Origin: Flavobacteriaceae bacterium
Lineage (GTDB): Bacteria > Bacteroidota > Bacteroidia > Flavobacteriales > Flavobacteriaceae
NCBI GenBank assembly: GCA_965224465.1
Contig: OZ245049.1
Coordinates: 930,001-962,000, forward strand
Reading direction: 5' to 3'
Length of the DNA: 32,000 nucleotides
The translations under genes were made by a program, and so were the position numbers. The notes beneath the pieces are model-generated. The model searched no databases. It was not told the origin of the DNA and saw only the letters and a program-made list of their open reading frames with translations. This document shows, in pieces, positions 1-6,815 of the stretch; the stretch's first letter is position 1; every line of letters starts with the position of its first letter.

Positions 1-947
1 GGTCCTTTTTTTAAATACACCCTAGCATTTTTATAGTCAAAAACTACCCTAAACCTCCCCAGCACCATCCCACCAATACTTCCATTCCTATCCAAATGTT
101 TACGAGCAATTACAATAGCGCTTGAATCAGGATAAGAAACCGTCGCTTCTTTTAAATGGTAATCCCCTAATATAAGCTTGTGAACTTTACTTCTTTTACC
201 AAAAATTATCCCACTCAATCCTTCTCCTAAATAATCCTCAAAATAATTCTCTGGAGAAACAATCTGTTTGTGACTCCCTTCAAAAAGCCACAAAGCATCA
301 CTTCCTCCAGAATCTATTAATAATTTCATCCGTACAGGGGAAGTCTCTTTTTTAAACTGAACATGTACATAGATATACGGTTTTTTATTAAAAAATGTCA
401 ACTCAAATTTTTTAAATTTTCGTATTTTTTTCTTCTTAAATTTTTGATGCTTGTAGAACGTTATTTTTTCTTGACCATAATTTATCTCAACTACAAAATC
501 TTTCATCAAATCATAGCCAATAATCCCATGAATAGTCAACCCTAACTTTGCAGACAAATCAAAATCATCATCTATTATAAAAAGTAAATTCTGGGCTACA
601 CCCAACATGTTTTTAATTTTAAAAGTATTATTTTTGGAGAGCAGTGCATGCACAGGCTTGTTAGCACCTAAACCTCTTATTTTTATCTTCTTCACCTCGC
701 GTAAATCCAACGAATCTATTTGATTTAAATTAAAAAGCATTGTCCGACTCACCCCTGTATCTAAAATAAAGTTCAATAATTTACCATTTACCTCAATGGG
801 GAGAATTATTAAATTATTTTTATTGATAAAAGAGACCTGCTGTTTCTCTTTGTTTCCAGTCAAAAAAAACTTTCCTTGCCCAAATAAAGGCTGAAAACAC
901 AGTAAGAATACCGTTATTAAAACAAAAATAAAACTAGGTAATTTCAA
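1..947 (-). CDS. Secreted retropepsin-like aspartic protease; 3' end runs off the window
   Basis: Absent from the ORF track because there is no stop inside the window. Manual minus-strand translation from TTG 947-945 (in-frame TGA two codons upstream) gives a signal-like N-terminus (M)KLPSFIFVLITVFLLCFQPLFGQ. It continues through ...FILDTGVS... and ...LLIDSGGS..., the two D-T/S-G catalytic motifs, and stays open to position 1. Confidence 0.7.
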   Translation of the reverse strand, partial: MKLPSFIFVLITVFLLCFQPLFGQGKFFLTGNKEKQQVSFINKNNLIILPIEVNGKLLNFILDTGVSRTMLFNLNQIDSLDLREVKKIKIRGLGANKPVHALLSKNNTFKIKNMLGVAQNLLFIIDDDFDLSAKLGLTIHGIIGYDLMKDFVVEINYGQEKITFYKHQKFKKKKIRKFKKFELTFFNKKPYIYVHVQFKKETSPVRMKLLIDSGGSDALWLFEGSHKQIVSPENYFEDYLGEGLSGIIFGKRSKVHKLILGDYHLKEATVSYPDSSAIVIARKHLDRNGSIGGMVLGRFRVVFDYKNARVYLKKG

Positions 948-1044
948 TGGTCAGGTTTTTAGATACCTAAGATACAAAACACAGCTATAATTAGCGAATA
1001 ATTAGGATCTATTTTACCTCTCCCTAGAATGCAGCAACAACATT

Positions 1045-1204
1045 AATACAAATACATTTCCAAGTGTCGGTTTAGAAATGTCACAAACAAGCGGTTTTTC
1101 CTGTAAATTTCACGGTGTTGAGCGGGCATAATTTAAACAGTTATCTTTTTAGGAATCAGAATACAAAACACGGCTATAATTAGCAAATATTAATGAACTA
1201 TTTA
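1045..1204 (-). repeat. Inverted-orientation, internally diverged full-length member of the intergenic A+B repeat family
   Basis: 1060-1075 ccaagtgtcggtttag is the exact reverse complement of the core at 10193-10208. 1193-1204 atgaactattta is the reverse complement of taaatagttcat at the A-module start of the 10070 copy. Overall span is ~160 bp, as in the other copies, and the interior differs. Confidence 0.55.
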
Positions 1205-1284
1205 ATGCTGTAATTTCATAAAAAAAAACAGTTAAAATCAAAAATATGTTGCAATTTTGTGTTTTAATATTAATCGATTTTAAC

Positions 1285-2478
1285 ATGCCAAAGATATCCA
1301 CTAAGGGCTTAAACATGCCTGAGTCACCGATTCGAAAACTAGTCCCTTTTGCAGAAATAGCGAAGAAAAAAGGAGTCCAAGTATATCACTTAAACATAGG
1401 ACAACCGGACATTAAAACCCCTGAGGTTGCATTAAAAGCCATTCGTGAAAACAACGTAAATGTATTGGCTTATAGTATGTCTGAAGGATCCGAACAATAC
1501 CGTACAAAACTAGCATCGTATTATCAAAAAAACAATATTGATGTAAACGCCAAAGACATTATTGTTACTACAGGTGGTTCTGAAGCCTTATTATTTGCTT
1601 TAGGAACTGTTTGTGATTACGGAGACGAAATTATAATCCCAGAGCCTTTTTACGCAAATTACAATGGTTTTTCTACAGCATCAGGAGTAACTATCAAACC
1701 CATCATGTCAAGTATTGAAACTGGTTTTGCACTCCCTGAGATCTCTGAGTTTGAAAAATTGATTACAAAAAAAACCAAAGCTATTCTGATTTGTAACCCT
1801 GGGAATCCAACAGGATATGTATATTCCAAAGACGAACTAGAAAAATTAGCTAAAATCGTTAAAAAACATGATTTATTTCTGATAGCAGATGAAGTATATC
1901 GTGAGTTTATTTATGATAAAGACGTAAAACACCAATCGGTATTATCAGGATTTGGTTTGGAAAAACACGCCATTATTATAGACTCTGTTTCTAAGCGATA
2001 CAGTATGTGTGGTGCTCGAATTGGATGTATTATATCTAAAAACAAAGAAGTCATGCAAACTGCCATGAAATTTGCACAGGCACGTTTAAGTCCACCAACC
2101 TACGCACAAATTGCAAGTGAGGCGGCTTTAGAAACACCTGATAGTTATTTTACTGAAGTTATTGTAGAATACAAAGAGAGGCGAGACACTTTAATAAACG
2201 AACTCCAAAAAATAGAGGGCGTAAAAGTAGCAAGTCCAAAAGGCGCATTCTATTGCGTTGTTGAATTACCTATTGCGGACGCAGATAACTTTGCACAATG
2301 GTTACTCGAAAGTTTCAGTTCAAACAACGAGACTATTATGGTAGCTCCTGCTGCAGGTTTTTACTCAACACCAGGCGTTGGCACAAACCAAATTAGGATT
2401 GCTTATGTACTCAAAAAAGAAGCATTGATCCGTTCTGTAGAAATACTAAAAGAAGCCTTAAAATTATACCAAGCCTAA
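1285..2478 (+). CDS. Class I/II PLP-dependent aminotransferase (aspartate-aminotransferase-like)
   Basis: ORF 1246..2478; the ATG at 1285 (MPKISTKGLNMPESPIRKL) is the more plausible start. Carries the SVSKRYSMCGARIG PLP-lysine motif and NPGNPTG. Confidence 0.85.
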   Translation: MPKISTKGLNMPESPIRKLVPFAEIAKKKGVQVYHLNIGQPDIKTPEVALKAIRENNVNVLAYSMSEGSEQYRTKLASYYQKNNIDVNAKDIIVTTGGSEALLFALGTVCDYGDEIIIPEPFYANYNGFSTASGVTIKPIMSSIETGFALPEISEFEKLITKKTKAILICNPGNPTGYVYSKDELEKLAKIVKKHDLFLIADEVYREFIYDKDVKHQSVLSGFGLEKHAIIIDSVSKRYSMCGARIGCIISKNKEVMQTAMKFAQARLSPPTYAQIASEAALETPDSYFTEVIVEYKERRDTLINELQKIEGVKVASPKGAFYCVVELPIADADNFAQWLLESFSSNNETIMVAPAAGFYSTPGVGTNQIRIAYVLKKEALIRSVEILKEALKLYQA

Positions 2479-2479
2479 A

Positions 2480-3490
2480 TTGAAAATACAACACAATATT
2501 TCATTAAAACAATACAACACTTTCGGCATTGACGTCAATGCCGAAAGATTTGTTGAAATTAATTCTGTTCTTGAATTAAAATCACTTTTAAAAATAGAAA
2601 AAGACCTTTTTATAATTAGTGGAGGAAGTAATATGTTGTTGCTTTCTGACATAAAAAAACTCGTAGTTTTCTTAAATATTGAAGGTGTTATCATACAAGA
2701 AACTCAAGAAAACGATGTTTTTGTAACTGCAAATGCAGGTGAAAACTGGCATGATTTTGTCTTGTGGTGTATTGATCAGAATTATGGAGGACTGGAAAAT
2801 TTATCTTTAATACCAGGCAATGTAGGATCCTGCCCTATTCAAAACATAGGTGCGTATGGAGTGGAGGTTAAAGATACGATTCACCAAGTAACTGCCATAG
2901 AAATTAACACTGGAAAAACAAGCATTTTTTCTAACCAAGAATGTGATTTTGGCTATAGAAACTCTATTTTCAAGAACAACTTAAAAGGAAAATTTATTAT
3001 TACAACTGTTGCTTTTAAATTGACAAAAAACGCGCATGTAATCCACAATTCCTATGGTGCCATTCAAAATGCTCTAAAAGAAAATGGTATTAAAACGCCA
3101 TCTATTTCCGACATCTCAAAAGCCATTATAGAAATTCGTACTTCTAAACTCCCTGACCCTAAAAAGATCGGAAACAGCGGAAGCTTTTTCAAAAATCCAA
3201 TTGTACAGAAAGTTGTATTTGAAAAAATTCAAAAAGAAAATCCTAAAATGCCATTTTATAAAATAAACGAAGATGCATTTAAAATACCTGCGGGTTGGCT
3301 GATTGAAAGCTGTGGCTTTAAAGGAAAAAGATTTGGTGATGCTGGAGTGCATAAAAACCAAGCTTTGGTACTTGTGAATTATGGAAATGCCACTGGAAAA
3401 GAAATTTATACATTGGCTCAAAAAATACAAACATCTATTTTAGAAACTTTCGGAATACCCTTAGAGATTGAAGTAAACATTATTGATTAA
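2480..3490 (+). CDS. murB: UDP-N-acetylenolpyruvoylglucosamine reductase
   Basis: 336 aa with a typical MurB N-terminus (ISLKQYNTFGIDVNAE) and FAD-binding-domain-like GGGSN-type segment (ISGGSNMLL), plus a C-terminal SGSFFKNP...AGWLIE...G motif region. TTG start lies 1 nt after the upstream stop; there is no nearby ATG. Confidence 0.9.
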   Translation: MKIQHNISLKQYNTFGIDVNAERFVEINSVLELKSLLKIEKDLFIISGGSNMLLLSDIKKLVVFLNIEGVIIQETQENDVFVTANAGENWHDFVLWCIDQNYGGLENLSLIPGNVGSCPIQNIGAYGVEVKDTIHQVTAIEINTGKTSIFSNQECDFGYRNSIFKNNLKGKFIITTVAFKLTKNAHVIHNSYGAIQNALKENGIKTPSISDISKAIIEIRTSKLPDPKKIGNSGSFFKNPIVQKVVFEKIQKENPKMPFYKINEDAFKIPAGWLIESCGFKGKRFGDAGVHKNQALVLVNYGNATGKEIYTLAQKIQTSILETFGIPLEIEVNIID

Positions 3491-4147
3491 TTACAACCCA
3501 AAATAATCAATATAAATAGTTTATTTTACGTGCTAGCATTGTTAAAAAACAGAACGATAGCTATGGCCATCCTTAGATTTTCCGCCTAGCTATACTACCA
3601 ATTAAAATCCAAAATGACCTATATAAATAGTTTATTTTACGTGCTAGCGTTGTTGAAAAACAGAACAATAGCTATGGCTATCCTTATATTTTCCGCCTAG
3701 CTATACTACCAATTAAAATCCAAAATGACCTATATAAATAGTTTATTTTACGTGCTAGCGTTGTTGAAAAACAGAACGATAGCTATGGCTATCCTTATAT
3801 TTTCCGCCTAGCTATACTACCAATTAAAATCCAAAATGACCTATATAAATAGTTTATTTTACGTGCTAGCGTTGTTGAAAAACAGAACGATAGCTATGGC
3901 TATCCTTATATTTTCCGCCTAGCTATACTACCAATTAAAATCCAAAATGACCTATATAAATAGTTTATTTTACGTGCTAGCGTTGTTGAAAAACAGAACG
4001 ATAGCTATGGCTATCCTTATATTTTCCGCCTAGCTATACTACCAATTAAAATCCAAAATGACCGATATAAATAGTTTATTTTACGTGCTAGCGTTGTTGA
4101 AAAATAGAACGATAGCTAAGGCTATCCTTAGATTTTCCGCCTAGCTA
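3491..4147 (+). repeat. Head-to-tail array of six 111-bp units (module A of the intergenic repeat family)
   Basis: The anchor word tataaatag recurs at 3511, 3622, 3733, 3844, 3955 and 4066, a period of exactly 111. Units 3-5 are identical by eye and unit 2 differs at 3667 only; outer units 1 and 6 carry several changes. Each unit holds the hairpin GATAGC-TATG-GCTATC (e.g. 3778-3793). Confidence 0.95.
3614..4144 (+). other. Five in-phase copies of a candidate 28-codon mini-ORF (3614-3700, 3725-3811, 3836-3922, 3947-4033, 4058-4144)
   Basis: Manual translation gives ATG...TAG, MTYINSLFYVLALLKNRTIAMAILIFSA for units 2-5 and MTDINSLFYVLALLKNRTIAKAILRFSA for unit 6. Copies are separated by 24-nt A-rich spacers. 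Unit 1 (3503-3589) has ATA in place of ATG. Coding status is unproven. Confidence 0.3.
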
Positions 4148-4252
4148 GAACAAAAAATAATTCTATTTCTAAACCGCCACTTGGAAATTTAATTGGTAGA
4201 ACGAAAAATAATTCTATTTCTAAACCTTCACTTGGATATGTATTTTGTGTTA
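4148..4252 (+). repeat. Two tandem ~51-bp copies of module B (4148-4198, 4199-4252) capping the array
   Basis: Both copies begin gaac(a/g)aaaaataattctatttCTAAACC..CACTTGG. Cores lie at 4169-4184 and 4220-4235. The second copy abuts or overlaps the stop codon of the MBL gene (4250-4252). Confidence 0.85.
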
Positions 4253-5026
4253 CACTTGTACTACTAATTGATCATAAGCTACAAAAACATTTTCTGGTAG
4301 CATTTTTTCCAAATCAGCATGAACACCAAGAAAATGACTCATATGGGTTAAATATGCTTTCTTTGGTTTTAAATAAGCGATCAATTCTAAGGACTCACTC
4401 AAACTTAAATGAGAGTGATGTTCTTTAAAACGAACAGCACTAATCACCAATACTTCTAAATTTTTAAGTTTTTCAAGTTCTTTTGGTTCTATGGTCTTCA
4501 CGTCTGTTAAGTAGGCAAACGCAGTACCAAATTTATAGCCCAATATAGGAAGATTCCCGTGCATTACTTGTATTGGAGTCACTTTTAATTGATGTAATAC
4601 AAACGTTTCTTTAGTAACAATATGCTGTTCAATATAAGGAGCACCTGGATATTTATTAACATCATTAAAAATATAGTTAAACCTTATTTTTAATTCGTTC
4701 AAAACCCTTTCTTGTGCATAAAACGGCATTTTCCCTAATTTAAAAGCATAGGGTCTAATATCATCCAATCCTGCGGTATGATCGGCATGTTCATGCGTCA
4801 ATAAAATTCCATCAATATGTTGGACATTTTCTCGCAGCATTTGATACCTAAAATCGGGGCCACAATCTATTATATAGCAAGCGTCGTTCCATTCTAACAT
4901 CACAGAAACTCGCAATCTTTTATCTCTTTTGTCCTTGGACAAAAACACAGGGTGCTCTACGCCTACTACAGGAATTCCTGTAGATGTTCCAGTACCTAAA
5001 AAAGTTAATTTTATTCCTTTCATCAT
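4250..5026 (-). CDS. MBL-fold metallo-hydrolase (PhnP-like)
   Basis: 258 aa with N-terminal LTFLGTGTSTGIP and the HxHxDH motif LTHEHADH. Confidence 0.85.
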   Translation of the reverse strand: MMKGIKLTFLGTGTSTGIPVVGVEHPVFLSKDKRDKRLRVSVMLEWNDACYIIDCGPDFRYQMLRENVQHIDGILLTHEHADHTAGLDDIRPYAFKLGKMPFYAQERVLNELKIRFNYIFNDVNKYPGAPYIEQHIVTKETFVLHQLKVTPIQVMHGNLPILGYKFGTAFAYLTDVKTIEPKELEKLKNLEVLVISAVRFKEHHSHLSLSESLELIAYLKPKKAYLTHMSHFLGVHADLEKMLPENVFVAYDQLVVQV

Positions 5027-5403
5027 TCAAAAATAGTTTTATTATTTGACTCTCAAAATTAATTTATCAAATTGGCTGGTATTCCATGAATGTACCCAAA
5101 GTAACAGAATAAAAAATTACACACAACTAACTGTAAATTAACATTTTAATTAGATTCATAAAGCTTAAAAATTAGAGATAAAATTTACACTGAATAAGTT
5201 GACTTTTATCATAAAAAACACAAAGAAATGAGCTTACATTTGATTAATTATTTACTAATTAAGAAACAGTCATTTAATCCTCAATAGTATATACATATTA
5301 CTATTTGTATTAAAAATGCGTTTCAAACATGTATCAATCTTTCTTATACAGACAAGACTATGTTTACATTCAAAAACTACAACTAATTTTAAATAAGCAC
5401 CAT

Positions 5404-6504
5404 ATGAAAATAGGTTTTCTAAAAGAAAGTCTTAAAGGAGAAAAACGAGTTGCTATTACCCCAACAATAGCAAAGTTATTCGAAACTAAAGGCTTTGAAG
5501 TATTTGTAGAAAAAGATGCAGGAAAGGCATCAAATTTTAAAAATTCTACTTACGAAAAAGTAGGTGTCAAAATAGTAGACCAAGCATCTATATTCCAACA
5601 ATCTGACATTGTGGTAAAAATAAACCCTTTTGAAGAAGATGAAATAAGGCAATTAAAGGAAGGACAAACTACCGTCAGTTTACTCTTTCATTTATCACAT
5701 CCTGGTATCATCACAGCTTTATCAAAACAAAAAGTATCGGCATTTTCTTTGGATGCTATTCCAAGAATTTCTCGTGCTCAAGACATGGATATCTTGAGTT
5801 CTCAAAATAACTTAGCGGGGTACAAAGCCGTTATTTTAGGCGCCTATGAAATGGCGAAGATTTTCCCGTTAATGATGACGGCAGCAGGAACTATCACCCC
5901 TTCAAGAGTCCTTATATACGGCGTAGGAGTTGCAGGATTACAAGCGATCGCAACGGCAAAACGCTTGGGTGCTATTGTAGAAGCAACAGACATAAGACAA
6001 GACACTAAAGAACAAACAGAATCTCTTGGCGCTAAATTTATAAGTGTAGACAATACAGGAGAGAAAGAAGAAGGCGGCTATGCAAAAGAAGCTTCCGATG
6101 ATTATAAAAAAAGACAAAAAGAAGCAGTAGACACCTCCCTTTTTAATGCAGATTTAGTAATCACAACTGCATTTGTACCGGGTAAAAAAGCACCTATTTT
6201 GATATCCAAAGAACAGGTAAACAAAATGAAAGAAGGTGCCGTAATCGTAGATTTAGCAACCGGTCAAGGTGGGAATTGTGAATTGAGTAAACTCAATAAA
6301 ATTATCATAGAAAACGGAGTTAAGATTATAGGAACTACCAATTCTCCAGAAAGTGTTGCAACCAATGCCAGTGAACTTTTCGGGAAAAATGTATTTAATT
6401 TCCTAAAACATCTGACCAACGAAGACTGCCAATTTAATTGGAATTTAGAGGATGAAATAACAACATCAACTTTAATTATTCACAACGGAACTATAAAACA
6501 ATAA
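5404..6504 (+). CDS. pntA: NAD(P) transhydrogenase subunit alpha, part 1
   Basis: ORF 5329..6504; the ATG at 5404 (MKIGFLKESLKGEKRVAITP) matches the usual N-terminus. Has a Rossmann motif VLIYGVGVAGLQA, followed by the small alpha-2 and beta subunits. Confidence 0.9.
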   Translation: MKIGFLKESLKGEKRVAITPTIAKLFETKGFEVFVEKDAGKASNFKNSTYEKVGVKIVDQASIFQQSDIVVKINPFEEDEIRQLKEGQTTVSLLFHLSHPGIITALSKQKVSAFSLDAIPRISRAQDMDILSSQNNLAGYKAVILGAYEMAKIFPLMMTAAGTITPSRVLIYGVGVAGLQAIATAKRLGAIVEATDIRQDTKEQTESLGAKFISVDNTGEKEEGGYAKEASDDYKKRQKEAVDTSLFNADLVITTAFVPGKKAPILISKEQVNKMKEGAVIVDLATGQGGNCELSKLNKIIIENGVKIIGTTNSPESVATNASELFGKNVFNFLKHLTNEDCQFNWNLEDEITTSTLIIHNGTIKQ

Positions 6505-6506
6505 AA

Positions 6507-6815
6507 ATGACAGAATTCATTCAATTTATAAGTGAACATCTTCAAATGATATACATCGTAATTCTGATGGTATTTGTAGGTATAGAAATTATTGGTCACG
6601 TACCAGCTGTATTACACACCCCGTTAATGTCTGGCGCCAATGCCATACACGGAGTGGTAGTTGTTGGGGCAATTTTAGTAATGTTAGGGTCGTCTCCAGA
6701 CAACATACTAGCACTTTCTTTAGGCTTTGTAGCCGTATTATTAGGAACCCTTAATGTAGTCGGTGGTTTTGTAGTTACTGACCGTATGTTAGAAATGTTT
6801 AAAAAGAAAAAATAA
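6507..6815 (+). CDS. NAD(P) transhydrogenase subunit alpha, part 2 (membrane)
   Basis: 102-aa hydrophobic protein between pntAA and pntB; its stop overlaps the pntB start as TAATG. Confidence 0.85.
   Translation: MTEFIQFISEHLQMIYIVILMVFVGIEIIGHVPAVLHTPLMSGANAIHGVVVVGAILVMLGSSPDNILALSLGFVAVLLGTLNVVGGFVVTDRMLEMFKKKK

Noticed and set aside
363-545. 60-aa plus-strand ORF
   Set aside because: It is a low-complexity Phe/Lys/Ile-rich translation lying antisense inside the well-supported minus-strand protease CDS, so it is a shadow ORF.
3491-4147. Repetitive protein encoded across the 111-bp (37-codon) units
   Set aside because: I translated one unit in all six frames and every frame contains at least one stop. 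Only the short 28-codon frame is open within a unit.
3500-4147. Tandem self-cleaving ribozymes (hammerhead or twister type)
   Set aside because: I could not find the hammerhead CUGANGA...GAAA core arrangement or other recognisable ribozyme cores in the unit. A covariance-model scan could not be run, so this is left untested rather than claimed.
3491-4252. CRISPR array
   Set aside because: Units are contiguous 111-bp near-identical repeats with no unique spacers. The repeat length is far outside the CRISPR range, and there are no cas genes in the window.
4148-4252. Module B as an ordinary rho-independent terminator
   Set aside because: It has an AT-rich stem of variable quality, a 14-nt conserved loop and no T-tract. 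At the 8211 copy a separate canonical terminator follows at 8383-8416.
5199-5212. FNR-like site TTGACTTTTATCAT upstream of pntA
   Set aside because: It is only a partial match: one half-site is TTGAC and there is no extended palindrome like the two cco sites. In AT-rich sequence this is easily chance, so it is not reported as a feature.
5027-5403. Hidden RNA gene or small ORF in the 377-bp MBL/pntA divergent spacer
   Set aside because: I saw no tRNA-like arms, no conserved repeat-family motif, no convincing hairpin-rich structure and no ORF with a sensible start. It is most simply a divergent promoter region.
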